From Eledone cirrhosa (Eukaryota): 64,000 bases of DNA. Each line of letters begins with the position of its first letter. Position 1 is the first letter of the stretch. Positions 11,701 to 24,742 of the stretch are shown one piece after another. Below the pieces are notes generated by a model. The model ran no database searches and was not told the origin of the DNA. It was given only the letters and a program-made list of their open reading frames with translations. Made by a program: the position numbers and the translations under genes. The stretch spans positions 20,460,001 to 20,524,000 of the forward strand of contig OZ024743.1 of assembly GCA_964016885.1 (NCBI GenBank). Direction: 5' to 3'.

Positions 11701-11820
11701 GAAAACCTGCCAGACAGTCCTATGCGAGTAAGACAATCACTCTTGCCTCAAGTGGGACTACCCCCGTCCAAACCCATGCAAGCGTGGAACACGGACGTTA
11801 AACGTTGATGATGATGATGA
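8737..11820 (+). mobile_element. RTE-clade LINE family B (copy B1), truncated within the APE endonuclease
   Basis: EN C-terminal half (GDLNGHVG, GFGTRNEEG, CNTNF, SQVDYIL), a frameshift near 9100, RT ORF to 11427, ~390-bp 3' UTR and a (TGA)n tail. Confidence 0.95.
9079..11427 (+). CDS. RTE-clade reverse transcriptase (782-aa open frame) with an internal PHD-type finger
   Basis: TWWWN, NYRGIKL, QFGF, DLEKAFD, QGSVLSP, YADD, C4HC3 finger at 10642-10773, [20 protein letters not shown]. Confidence 0.88.
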   Translation: MKNAPPNILIMSDLIVRTRRTRQQKRTILRRKIWKLKDPTARNKFQSILLDAFDSKEEHLESDNIEGQWEFLKANLLLATDEVCGWSRPVGRRRVTWWWNSKVEGSIKAKKQAWKVWRDGGSREDYQVARREARRQVYLARREAEERKFKHVLQRDDQKREVFRIARQCVKENRDIVEEKCVLNDDGTLAINDADKKVAWKCHYERLLNEENKWEKDSLPHIDPIEGPAVLVEGSIISKAIKDMKTGKAAGPSEIVAEMLKASGTVGHTMVTRIVNQVVQNGVVPKDWHSSIIVNCYKGKGDALDRSNYRGIKLIDQVMKVTEKVIAQLIRERIDLDEMQFGFVSGKSTTDALFIVRQLQEKYLAKGKPLYLAFVDLEKAFDRVPRSIIWWALRKVGVDEWLVRAIQVMYKETVSKVRINNEYSEEFSVKVGVHQGSVLSPLLFIIALQAITEEFKTGCPWELLYADDLTLIAESMAELEKKFQTWKHGLESKGLKINLAKTKVLVCRKENKTAVPSGKWSCSVCRKGVGRNSILCPKCKVWVHKRCSGITGKLTKNIDFTCGRCSGAISSSKCPQNTSSFNCAEGSIEIVDSFRYLGDKISSGGGCSESTVARVRTGWKKFRELIPLLAAKGFSLKMKGRLYDACIRTAMLHGSETWALCAEDIRRLERNEACMLRWMCNSNIRERQSINELRKKLEIRGIRCCLLERRLRWYGHVMRMKVDSCITKCRAIKIDGSHGIGRPRKTWDELINSDITHLHLSKTMSLDRDLWRYSVTEKTRLT

Positions 11821-11829
11821 TATATATAT

Positions 11830-12713
11830 GGGAGGGATTTAGTGTTTACAACAGACACTCTGAAACGTCTTCTGGTAAGGATATAATCTACCTGGCTGGT
11901 ATGTTCCCCTGGTCTGTAGGTGATCAGGTGATTGTCTCGTTTTTTGAAGTTAGTGTTACAGATAGTTAGGTTATTTGCATCACAGAATTCCAGGATTCTG
12001 GAGCCTTCCTCATTTCTAGTACCAAACCCATAGCCTCCGTGGATTCCGTCATAGCCGTCACAATGTTGACCAACGTGGCCATTTAGGTCGCCAGCAATAA
12101 TTATATAGTCACAGTCGGTTATTTGGGAGATAGTGAGCATCAGTGTCTCATAGAATCTGTCTTTTATAGCGCCAGGAAGTCCGGATTGGGGCGTGTATGC
12201 CGATATTACTGTCACAGTAGTTCTATTTAGAACAAGTCTTATTTTAATTATTCTGTCATTCACTCTATTTACATCTATTATCTTATCCACCCATTTTTCT
12301 GCTAACATGATTCCTACCCCACCTATCCCATTGTCATTTCCCACCCAGAAAAGCTTATAGCAACGTTTTTTACCCACAATGAATCTAGCAGACCCGCTCC
12401 TCCACCTGGTCTCTTGGATACAGCAAACATCAACCTCATTACGTTCAAGCATTTCTACAACCTCGTTAGAGCGGCCTTTTAAGGTGCCTACATTTATAGT
12501 ACCAACTCTGAAGTTTTGGATTGTGTTTGGAGAATGGGGCGCAGGGATGGGTGGGGGGGTTGGGCTTATGTTGGCCATCCGCGGCCGAAACAAAGACGAG
12601 GGGCCTTGCCCTTTCGTCCGGCAGCATGAGGTGAATTTGTCATTATCTTTGGCATTGTCATCGAGTGTCCAGATTCTTCAGACTCTCCAGAAATTCCTTA
12701 GTCCATCCATCAT
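11830..12713 (-). pseudogene. APE-type endonuclease domain of RTE-B
   Basis: ORF 11748-12593 extends in frame to ATG ATG at 12713 through a single TGA at 12678-12680. Confidence 0.75.
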
Positions 12714-13165
12714 ATCGAAAAGCAGCCAGAAGTGATAGCATAGGCCGTTGACTTGTGATTGGTCCAAATAATAAGGTGGAGAGTGGGGGCGCGAGGGAGG
12801 GGTATGGGTAGTTAGCAAAGAGAAGATTATTTAGAACAAATGGGGTAGTTAGCGAGAGGTTTTAAATGAAATCTTCGAATTTTGGGGGGCATAATTGGAG
12901 AAGCTTATAACAGTAATAATAAGCGAATAATGGGGTTTTAAAATACAAGAAGATTATTTAGAAACAACCAGACAGAATTATAGAATAGCATTGAGAGAGA
13001 GAGTAAAGATTGGATTTTGGGCGATAATACGGATATATGAATGAATGGACCGATAGCAAAGAGAAGATTATTTAGAACAATATGAATGAATGGACCAATA
13101 GGCTGGAGAGAGATAAAATGGCATTTACATTATACTTCGCAGGGACGAGGTCTGACCATTTTTAA
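11830..13165 (-). mobile_element. RTE family B 5' portion (5' UTR plus APE endonuclease), 3'-truncated (copy B2)
   Basis: VGTINVGTL, CCIQETRW, GVGIML, DRII, ISAYTPQ, GDLNGHVG, SQVDYIL; breaks after NTKSLP at 11830. It overlaps B1 8737-9077 with several substitutions, so it is a separate copy. Confidence 0.9.
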
Positions 13166-13429
13166 GTGTATATATATATATATGTGTATATATATATATG
13201 TGAGTATATATGTGTATATATATATATATATGTGTATATATATATATATGTGTATGTGTATATATGTGTATATATATATATATGTGTATGTGTATATATG
13301 TGTATATATGTATATATGTGTATATATATATATGTGTATATATATATATGTGTATATATATATATGTGTGTATATATATATGTGTATATATATGTGTGTA
13401 TATATATATATATGGTATATGTATATATA

Positions 13430-13462
<33 letters not shown>

Positions 13463-13688
13463 GGTATATATATATATATATATATGGTATATATATATAT
13501 ATATATGGTATATATATATATATATATATGGTATATATATATATATACATATGGTATATATATATATATATGGTATATATATATATATATGGTATATATA
13601 TATGTATATATATATATATGTGTATATATGGTATATATATATGTATATATATATATATATGTGTATATATGGTATATATATGTATATA

Positions 13689-13725
<37 letters not shown>

Positions 13726-13726
13726 A

Positions 13727-13765
<39 letters not shown>

Positions 13766-13832
13766 ATATATGGTATATATATATATGTATATATATGTGT
13801 ATATATGGTATATATATATATATATGTATATA

Positions 13833-13883
<51 letters not shown>

Positions 13884-13978
13884 ATATATGGTATATATAT
13901 ATATATGTATATATATATATGTGTATATATATATGTGTATATATATGTATATATATATATATATTTGTGTATATATGG

Positions 13979-14043
<65 letters not shown>

Positions 14044-14290
14044 GTATATATGGTATATATATATATGTATATATATATATATTTGTGTATATATGGTATA
14101 TATATATATATGGTATATATATATATATTTGTGTATATATGGTATATATATATATATGGTATATATATATATATGTGTATATATCTATATATATATATGT
14201 ATATATCTGTATATATATATATATCTGTATATATATATATCTATCTATATATGTATATATGTGTATATATATATGTATATATGTGTGTAT

Positions 14291-14326
<36 letters not shown>

Positions 14327-14377
14327 GTATATATCTATATATGTATATATGTGTATATATATATATATATATATGTA

Positions 14378-14416
<39 letters not shown>

Positions 14417-14423
14417 GTGTGTA

Positions 14424-14454
<31 letters not shown>

Positions 14455-14530
14455 GTATATAGTATATATGTGTATATATCTATATATATATATATATATG
14501 TATATATGTGTATATATATATATGTGTATA
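13166..14530. repeat. Imperfect (TA)n microsatellite (~1.36 kb) with TG, TGG and TC variants
   Basis: Visible directly. Confidence 0.97.
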
Positions 14531-16497
14531 TCATCATCATCATCGTTTAACGTCCATGTTCCACGCTTGCATGGGTTTGGACGGGGGTTTTCCCACTTGA
14601 GGCAAGAGTGGTTATCTTGCTCGCATAGGACTATCTGGCGGGTTTTCTACAGCTGAATGCCCTTCCTAACACCAACCACATTTACAGTGTGGGGCTGGGA
14701 GGTTTTTACCGTGTTGCCTACACGGCCACATTACAGTGTGAACTGTGTGTTTTTTTGACGTGACACCTACACGATCTCATTTGTTTTGGCCTGGATGTTG
14801 TGGCACCAACATAACTTTACATTGAAAGGGGCGGTGTGGATGGGGTGGTGGGACGGGGGTGTATTTTGTTAGAGATGCCTACTGACTGTAGTAGGTTTTA
14901 CTTTGTATTTAGGTAAGGCGGGTCTTCTCTATTACGGAGTACCGCCAAAGGTCTCGGTCCAGTGACATTGTCTTGGTGAGGTGTAAGTGTGTGAGGTCGG
15001 AATTTATCAGCTCGTCCCAGGTTTTTCTGGGTCTGCCTACTCCGTGGCTACCGTCTATCTTTATTGCCCTGCACTTTGTTATACAGCTATCGTCCTTCAT
15101 GCGCATCACGTGACCATACCAACGTAGCCTTCTCTCGAGTAAACATCTGATCCATCTTATTTCTAATTTTTTCCTTAGTTCGTTTATGCTTTGCCGTTCA
15201 CGTATATTACTATTACACATCCAGCGGAGCATGCAAGCTTCGTTCCTCTCTAGTCTGCGTATATCCTCTGCACACAATGCCCAGGTCTCACTGCCATGCA
15301 ACATTGCTGTTCGTATGCAGGCATCATACAACCTGCCTTTCATTTTTAGGGAGAACCCTTTAGCGGCTAATAGTGGTATAACCTCTCTGAACTTTTTCCA
15401 TCCAGTTCTGACTCTAGCTACTGTACTTTCAGAGCACCCTCGCCCACTGTTGATTTTGTCACCCAGGTAACGGAAGCTGTCCACTATTTCTATAGAACCC
15501 TCTGCGCAGTTGAAAGAGCTAGTATTTGTGGGCACTTGCTGCTACTTATTGCACCAGAGCACCGACAACATGTAAAATCTATGTTCTTAGTTAGCTTACC
15601 TGTGATCCCACTACATCTTTTATGCACCCATACTTTGCATTTAGGACATAAAATGGAGTTTCTACCTACGCCTTTCCTACACACTTAGCATGGCCATTTC
15701 CCGGAAGGGACCGCCGCCTTATTTTCTTTCTTACAAACTAGAACTTTAGTCTTAGCCAGGTTAATTTTAAGGCCTTTTGATTCTAGGCCGTGCTTCCATG
15801 TTTGGAATTTCTTCTCTAGCTCGGCCATTGATTCAGCTATGAGCGTTAGATCATCTGCGTATAGGAGTTCCCATGGGCAGCCGGTCTTGAACTCCACTGT
15901 TATAGCCTGGAGGGCAATAATAAATAGTAGTGGGCTAAGAACAGAGCCCTGATGAACACCAACTTTTACGCTAAACTCTTCGCTATATTCGTTGTTAATT
16001 CTAACCTTGCTGACTGTTTCTTTATACATGGCTTGTATAGCTCTCACAAGCCATTCATCAACACCTAGTTTTCTAAGAGCCCACCAGATAATGGAACGGG
16101 GGACTCTGTCGAAGGCTTTCTCCAAGTCGACGAAAGCTAAGTATAGGGGTTTACTTTTAGCTAGGTACTTCTCCTGTAGTTGTCGTACAATGAAAAGAGC
16201 GTCTGTGGTACTTTTGCCTGACACAAACCCGAACTGCATTTCTTCTAGATCAATTCTCTCTCTGATTAGTTGCGCTATTACTTTTTCCGTGACCTTCATG
16301 ACCTGGTCGATTAATTTAATGCCTCTATAGTTACTCCTATCTAGGGCATCTCCTTTAACCTTATAACAGTTAACGATGATGCCGCTACGCCAGTCCTTCG
16401 GAACAACCCCATTCTGTATGACTTGGTTGACTATCCGGGTGACCATGGTGTGTCCCACCGTACCAGATGCCTTCAGCATCTCAGCAACTATTTCCGA
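14531..16497 (-). mobile_element. RTE family B, 5'-truncated and decayed (copy B3)
   Basis: ORF pieces 15685-16479, 15490-15684 and 14909-15535 align to B1 with one stop and one frameshift; family B 3' UTR and (CAT)n tail present. Confidence 0.93.
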
Positions 16498-16982
16498 TAT
16501 ATGTGTATATATATATATATGTATATATGTGTATATATATATGTATATATATATATGTATATATGTGTATATATTTATATATATGTATATATGTGTATAT
16601 ATTTATATATATGTATATATATATATGTGTATATATTTATATATATGTATATATATATATGTGTATATATATATATGTGTATATATTTATATATATGTAT
16701 ATATATATATATGTATATATATTTATATGTATATATATATATATATATGTATATATATTTATATATATATATATGTGTGTGTATATATATATATGTATAT
16801 ATATATATTTCGTTTCTGAATTATTGGCAACATGACTCTCCCAAAGTATAACACTATATATATATATATATATATATGTGTATATATATGTATATATATA
16901 TATGTGTATATATTTATATATATGTATATATATGTATATATATATATGTGTATATATTTATATATATGTGTATATATTTATA

Positions 16983-17013
<31 letters not shown>
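16498..17013. repeat. Imperfect (TA)n microsatellite with a ~47-bp unique island
   Basis: Visible directly; island at ~16808-16854. Confidence 0.93.
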
Positions 17014-17014
<1 letters not shown>

Positions 17015-17168
17015 ACAAAGGAAATGTGGTAAGGAACCAGGTGGACCATAACGCACCAAAGTACTCAATACTTAGGGTAGTAGAGTGGGTAATAGGAACG
17101 AGTAGGACCCCGACGGCTGACCCCAAGCCGTTTCGATGGCTAATTCTGGACTACTAGTTCAGCTAATT
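17014..17168 (-). mobile_element. Probable PLE pLTR fragment carrying the 3' half of a hammerhead motif
   Basis: Minus strand reads GAA-ACGGCT-TGGGGTC-AGCCGT-C (6-bp stem III, GUC triplet); the CUGANGA half is missing; ends in (TA)n. Confidence 0.45.
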
Positions 17169-17169
17169 G

Positions 17170-18040
17170 TTAGAGGTGGTCTTAGTTGGAGTTGGCAAAC
17201 CATTTGTTGCAGCCTTTTATCCTCCACAGTTGTCTTGTGATATTTCTCAGTGTTCTGCATTGATCAGGATTAGATAACATCATGCTGTACTCTCTTATGT
17301 ATGGTGTTCCCAGAACTTAAAGTCAATGTTGGTTCTTTTCACGGTCTGTTTCAATAAATTTTTGTCATAGTGCATGGGGTGGTTACATGATCTCTTGCCT
17401 GTACTGAGATTGAAGTAGAAGATTTGACAGAGCAATGTGGTGATATTAATGCAGCGTTTGTGACCTGTCTTTCTCGTGTAGAATTTGATGATGATCGCCT
17501 CAATGCTGTTGGCATTGGCCCATTCAAAAACTGCAAGTTGCTGACATAGTCTTCTCATTTGACAATTATAACAGATCAAAGTTTCCGTTGAGGAAATCGT
17601 TCAAGTTTTCAGATATCCCAACAATATAAATTTCCTGTTTCTCAACCATAGAGTAAAGTGGAAACAGCAATGGCTTGATACACTATATGCTTGGTTTGTA
17701 GTTTTAGTAATTTGTTTTCAAGACACGATGGAAGAATTTTTCAAAAGTGACGTGGGCTGTTCAGATCCTGTTATTGATGTCTTTCTTGGAGTTACATTGC
17801 ATAGTGAGGGAACTTCTTGGGTATTGGAGCTTGTGTACTTATTCCAGGGATTTATTGAAGATGGTGATGTTGATATCTGGAAGGATTGAGTTTGGAGCAA
17901 GTTGTGCAAGTATTTTGCACTTCTGGATTTTGATTGCCAGATTGAAGTGATAATATACATGTTGATAATTGATTCCAGCATGATCTGGCGAGGTATTGTT
18001 GTTGGGATAACACAGTTCACTGATATGAGTTCTATTGGTC
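17170..18040 (-). mobile_element. Old RTE-clade LINE (RTE-1/BovB-like), decayed 3' part
   Basis: Minus-strand frames give KDINNRI, VYQAIAVSTLLYG*ET..KLERF.QRKL..*EDYVSN, ANSIEAIII, QIFY..LSTGKR. Confidence 0.7.
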
Positions 18041-21039
18041 ATATATATGTATATATATATTATTTAATTAGAAAGTTGTTCACTTTCTAATTAAATAGCT
18101 CTGTCCTATACATAGAGCACTCTTTTTTCCTTTGCTTTTCCTTTTGAATTACCTAACACACACACTCACTCACTCACTCACTCACTCTCTCTCTCTCTCT
18201 CTCTCTCTCAATTGGATGTCTGAGAAATGGACATAAATCCCAAGCCCCGTTTGTACATTGAAGTAGCTAATCAACACTTAGTTAACATGGTTTTGAAATT
18301 CTTATGACAATAAAATATATCTATAAAGTTTTAATATTTTGATGTTTGAAATGTTTAAAGTGTCATTTAGAGTATAGTTTTGTTTCACAACTCCATTATG
18401 TAATGCTTTTTTAAAAACTATTTTATCCATCTTATATTTTTAACAAGTTTCTCGAATTTTTGTTTTCTGGCCACTCACATGCAGAGAACAGTTGAAAAGA
18501 AGAGATAAAATAAAAGAACTTTGCATATGTGATTCATAGAGTAGAAGTGATGAAGAGGAGAGGCCAAGATGGCAAGTGATGAAGGGGAGCGGCCAAGTGA
18601 GAAAAAGAGGGGGCGTGATAAGGAGAAGGCAGAAAGAAAATGAGAGTAGTAAAACATAGTCAGAAGTAAGATTTCAATTTTATGTAAGATTGAAATAAAA
18701 AGTATTATTAAGTCAGGAAAAAAAACCAGTCAGTATGCATTTATGTGTGTGTATATGTGTGTGTGCATGTGTATGCACATGAATAAGTATGGTATATTTA
18801 TGGGTATATTTATGTATTAAAAAGTTCAATAGTAAAAATGTATTGGAAATACTTTGAAGGGAGTGCATAAATGATGAGGTAGTAAATGTAGAAAAACTGT
18901 TTCATTGTAAGATATTTTAGCTACTTATTTACGTAGAAATTGAAGTTGGTGAAAACTGACAAAATATAGAACTCAAATATAGGCTGAGCTCTCATTTTAC
19001 CATCGATTTTTGTTTTGGTTTTTGTCACATATTTCTCACCTTAAAAAAAGCACTGTTGGTATTTATATATATATATATATATATATATTCATTAGCTAAA
19101 AAAGTAGTGTGATTGACTTTTTTAACCTTTCTTTCAAGAATTTTCTTTATCCTGCTTGAATCTCTATTGGAATAATCTTATATTGGCTTGTCTCTGCAGC
19201 TGTCCTTATTTTCAGTGTAGTTTTATGCAATACCATTTTCAGCTGAATGTGAATGGAAATATTATGATGATGAAGGGACGTGTTAATAGGTCAGATTTCT
19301 ATATATAAATAGCATCCAAGATCTCAATAATTCACGAATTATGCTATAGAATGTTGCAAGATGGCATGCAGTTTAAGAAAGATGGAATGTAGTAGAATGA
19401 ATTAGAGATGGCAGGTTAGTTTCTGTTATTTAAGGAGATGGAAGTTAGTGATTCATAGCACCTGTATGGCTAATAGTTTGATATAGAATTATTGATTTCT
19501 TTGGAAAGAGTTCATATTATTTAGTTAAAATCTAAAATGATAATTAAATTAATGTTATTGAGTAATGGCAATACATAAGGGCAGTAGTTGGTTTGAGGTT
19601 GGAAGAATACAGAATTTATAATTTAATATGTTGTACTAATCTCTGGAAATATTGTAGAAAATTGTCAAAATCTTGATGGTGCTGGTTGTTGTGCCGAATA
19701 TATGCACTGTCATTAACTTAAGTAAATCTTTGTTGCTAAATATAAGTTACTGATTAACACATTAATCATAATTGGAATTAGATATTAGATATTCTTTACT
19801 TAGAAATATACTCATAGTTCTAGAGAAAGTGAAAGGTTATAAAATATTTACCCAAGCTTTGAATCTCTTCCTTTTATAAGTATGATTTGTATGGTTTTAT
19901 CCATATATTCTTATCTTGATATTAGAAATTTCGAATAGGGTATTTACAGTTTTAATTACAGTGTATAATTTCTTTCTGTACTAATTTTTAACATGAATAT
20001 TTGTTGTGACATAATTTAGTAATACAGAAAATGTAATAGAAAGCAATTTTATTTCATTGATACATATATATCTGTGTCCATGACACTGCATTTAATAGTA
20101 ATAAATTTATTCTTTGATTTATCAAAGATTTATCAAGATCGTTTGGCTTACAGTTTAACTGACTGCACAGGCTGAGTTTTTAGCATTTTTTCTTGGTTGT
20201 TAAAGATGCATATATTTTCTTGCACTAGTTAGAAAGGCATTTCAGATGGTACATAAACAACTATGTAAATAGACTAAAATTTACTTGAGCAAGTTTAACT
20301 GCAGTTCAAATTTAAGTTTAAGGGAGGTTATTTATATACCTCTCCATTCTCTACAACTCGTGCCATTTTCAAATAGTGTAACTTTTATTTGCCATCATAT
20401 GTCAAGTATATCTTATTATATGTATAGTAAAGTATAGCTTAATTTATATATAGTCAAAACAAAATAAAACAAGCAAACGCCACACCCTCATTTGAACAGC
20501 ACATCTGAGCAGTGCTCTGTGGACAAGATGACAAAAGTACAATGAATAGATAGTGTTATTCACTGTACCAGTAGTTCAACTTCATGAGTCTTTTTTTAAG
20601 ATGTGATACCCTCATACCACTTTAGAAGAGTAGTAGTGCAGGGATTGAAGACACTGGCAACATCAACAGCAACTGGAATGAAATGGAATCCAGTCATTAA
20701 TAATTATTATTTGTTCTGCTGTATTGTAGGTAGTTATTCTGGGCTTATTGTCCAAAGACACAAAGTTGGTTCTGGAGAATGTATTACAACAAATATTATT
20801 CCAAATGAGTAATTTTAACTCCACTCCAATAAGGTTATCCTATTTGTACAACTACCATTGCTGAAGGCAAAGCCAACAACATCCAGTTGTAACAGGAAAC
20901 CATTAGTATCAATGCTTCTTTTAATGATATTTAGTGTTGCATGACAAGGAAAACTCCCTGTAGTGTAACAATAAGAAAGAAAGTGTAGTTCAAACTTGTT
21001 TGCAGTAGCTCCGTTTAGCTTTTTTGAATATTATTTAAT

Positions 21040-21240
21040 GTATATTTCTATTATTCTGTTCATTGTTTATTATTATTATTTGGAAAACAGTCCTTTTTAA
21101 ATATTAATTATTTATGGTATATTTCTATTTTATTATTGTTTGGAAGTCAGTACTTGTTTTTAATATTAATTATCTATAGTATATTTCCATTATTATACAG
21201 AAATCATTATTTCTGTTCATTGATTATTATTTGGAAGGCT
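21040..21240. repeat. Degenerate AT-rich minisatellite (~3 units)
   Basis: Recurring tatatttc.att..ttattatttggaa..cagt..aatattaattat.tat.g blocks. Confidence 0.5.
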
Positions 21241-22339
21241 GTAAAGTGTCTCTGTATGTATTTACTCTTCTGAATTGAGATACCATTGCAACAATAAAAC
21301 AAGAGCCAATAATATATTAAGATCAATCCAATCAACTGCACCCTTCTTCTACAAATTTTTTACTCATGTATGAATTCCTTATTTATTATTAATTGGATTT
21401 ACTATAATTATTCTTATTAAATATCTATTGGCATTAAACTTGGATCAAGCAGTTTTAATTGAATCATATCTTCAATATTTTTTTTTAAATTCTCAACATT
21501 ATTTGAACAAGTCTGTTTATGTAACATTGAACAAAAAATCATGACAAGAAAGTTTAGATATTGGAGATCCATATTAGGCCTTATATAAACTGCAAATATT
21601 TTGCTTTTATTCCTATACAAATAAGAGAGAATGGGATCTTTTCTATAATTTTACATACATTTTTCTACTAGTCTTTTGGTGTTCAATATTAACTATTCGA
21701 TAACTTGCAGTGTGTATTGGCTTTAATCCAAATGTTCCTACTTTAAACAGATATTAGGTTATTCTTTAAATGTGTGCACTTTCAAAATAATTGTGTGATT
21801 TCAATTTTCAAACAAATTAACTGGAATATATTTAAACATTGGCAGCAAAGTGTTTTATAGTGATGTTTAAAACGTTTCAGAGCAGTTTTAGAATATTTTC
21901 AATTATCATGTCCCTTTTTTTCTTGGCTATTATTCAAACTTCAGTTGATTTATTATCGTTAGATTTTTAGTGTACATAAATATATATAGCAATTTGAATT
22001 TTTTGTCATTTTAAACAGAGTGGAATTTACTATTTATTTTTCTTGAATTTTATTCTTGATTTATAAAATTTCAGCTCTTTAGAAATATAAGTAGACAAGC
22101 TCAATTCTTAATTTAGAAATTTTTTTTTTATCGAATAATCTGATTCTTTGAAAATATATGTATATCTAAAAAAGTAAACAGGTCTAATCTCATAATCAAT
22201 TTTAATTTACGTCCCACAAGAATCCAATATCATATTTGTTCTGTTAGGAAGAAGACATTTAATAATGTACCAGATTATTATTTTCATTGCAGTTTGTAAT
22301 TTTAAAATAACTCTATTTAATGTAGGTATAGAATACATT

Positions 22340-22454
22340 AATTGTTTCTACTTTTGGCACAAGACCAGCAATTACCCAGTGCATTACTGGTACTTTATTT
22401 TATCGACCCCATAAGGATGAATGGCAAAGTTAACCTCGACGGGATTTGAACTCA
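22340..22454 (-). mobile_element. SINE family 1, 5'-truncated
   Basis: Reverse complement of the 3' part of 2126-2315. Confidence 0.85.
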
Positions 22455-23519
22455 ACAAATCTGGATAAAGTGTTTACTTATACAAAATCCAAATTTAACT
22501 ACTCAGATTAGCTGATCCTCTGTCATATGTCTTATTTAGATGGAATTATTTCAGACCTACTTTCATTACAGCTAGTTGTGAGTTGATATGAGCAAAGATT
22601 GGTTTTGTATCAAAGAAACAAAGAGATTGTATAAACAGACATAAGGCTGGTAAAGGCTTATATATTTACGAAATAGCTTTTTAATTCGATCCAGTTTAAA
22701 ATGTGTTGATAGTGATTATGTTATGCCAAATAGTGATTGGTTTCTAATGAAAGACATATTTGGTAATAATATTATAGCTTGATTTTGAGGCAGATGTCAT
22801 ACCTTTGAGATGATCTGACGGGTCCTCCATCAGGTTTGATGATGCAAAGCAAGCCTCTTAAACACTTGTTTATGTCAATATCTATTGTGGTACACTTGCA
22901 TCTATGAGTGGTTTTTCCACATTTTTATAACAATTCTAATGAAATGGTAGTGAATAAGTAATAAATTTATGTAATTTTATTTCAATTTAATTCAATATTT
23001 AGTATTAACATCTAAAAATATAGATAATGAGTGAAGAATATTAATTGAATATTTTAATTCATTTTTATTTAATACTGAATTAACACTTCACTGATTGTAT
23101 TCCATTTTGAATACAAAACAATAGGATAGAAAGTCTGTTGAGAAAAGATTTCAGATATTGATCATTGATAAAAAAGATTGGTCACTCTAAGATAAAATCT
23201 GTTCAGAGTTGTTAATTAGTAAAGGCTGGATTGAGTCAGATAACTGAAGAAAGATTTTCTTGTCAAATTACATCTGAGTAAGCAAAGTGTCATAAGTGTA
23301 ATGATAGTTTCTAATATATAAAGATCACACATACTTGTGTAGGGAAATTGATCAAATTAAACTTATTTTATTGGCCAATGTAGGAATATAATTAAACTTG
23401 ACATTGGCAGTATTTGAATGTTAAATGTATAGTGATGCAACCAAAAATAACCCATGGTGTTGTCTGCCTCTCTGTCAAGTCTGATAATCCATCACCCTCT
23501 TCATAATTGTAATAATAAC

Positions 23520-23731
23520 AAATTTTAATTTAGGCACAAAACCAAGAATTTGTAGGGATGGGAATGTCGATTACATTCACCCCAGTACATGACTGGTATT
23601 TTATTTTATCAACCATGGAAGAATGAAAGGTAAATTTAACTTAGATGGGATTTGAACTCAGAATATAAAGAGTTATAACTTAATGCGGCAAAGTGTTTTA
23701 TTCAATGCTCTAATGATTTTGCCAATCCGCC
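23520..23731 (-). mobile_element. SINE family 1, older subfamily
   Basis: Diverged match including the B box (ggatttgaactc) and the central domain. Confidence 0.7.
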
Positions 23732-23747
23732 ACATTTCATTGTAATA

Positions 23748-23929
23748 ATAATTGTTTCTACTTTTGGCACAAGGCCAGCAATTATCCCAGTGTATTACTG
23801 GTACTTTATTTTATCGACCCCGTAAGGATGAAAGGCAAAGTTAACCTTGGCGGGATTTGAACTCAGACCATAAAGAGCCGTAACTCTTTGCTGCAAAGCA
23901 TGGTGTCAGACCCTCTACCGATACTGCCA
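23748..23929 (-). mobile_element. SINE family 1, younger subfamily
   Basis: Close match to 2126-2315 and 48254-48452; tgtaataataat on both flanks is a probable TSD. Confidence 0.88.
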
Positions 23930-24336
23930 ATGTAATAATAATGTTACTGAAACACTACAGTAGATTCTGCTTAAGGGAATATCTTTGGAGATAGAAATCT
24001 TTATGTAATTAAGTAAATTGTTATGGAAGACTATAGATAATGAAATTTTAAGTAGTAAGGTATTGCGACTATGTAACACACACCTTTGGATCATATAACT
24101 GAACAAGAATAAGACATTTTTTTCTAAGTACACGTTGTGTACATACAATTTACTTATGTTCCATTCAGGTTTTTAAATTCTTATATATTGGTATGGCAAT
24201 CATTGGATTTATCCTTTATGACATTTTTCAACTCCCTTTGATAAGCTCCAATTACTCAAGTTTATCCAGAATCAAATGTCTTGAGAATGACTTTCACACA
24301 CTTTGAATTACTCAGTGGTAACTAGGGCCTTGTAAG

Positions 24337-24570
24337 TTAACCTTATTACCATGTCTAATGAAAAACTGCCTATAATTTTTGAAATTATTTTGAAAATAAT
24401 CAATAATTTCGGTAGAGTATAACTAACTTTCTTATTATAAATTAGTGTTTGAACCATAACTGAACATAAGTTCTTACATAAAATTATGAAGGTTTTTAGA
24501 TAAATGTAAACACTTTAAAATAAACAGCTAGTATCATAGAACCAGAAATGGTTTCTGGTGAAAAAATTAA
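24337..24570 (+). mobile_element. TTAA-flanked MITE-like repeat (piggyBac-like), decayed
   Basis: TTAA at both ends; internal similarity to 39006-39364, 40420-40663, 46621-46872 and 55714-55964. Confidence 0.55.
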
Positions 24571-24742
24571 AAGTTCATGTGGATTAATCACTTATAGCTA
24601 ATACATAACTACCTTTTTACAACTTTTATCTACAGCAGTATTTATATATTGAGGAATTTAGTTACAAAATTAAATATATGGCAGAAATATGTATGCAAAA
24701 AGTAAGCAGAAATAACAAAGCAAATGACTGTACAATCCTCCT

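Noticed and set aside
8737-13165. B1 plus B2 as one twin-primed insertion
   Set aside because: The inverted 5' piece lies beyond the 3' tail, overlaps B1 by ~340 bp and differs from it in sequence.
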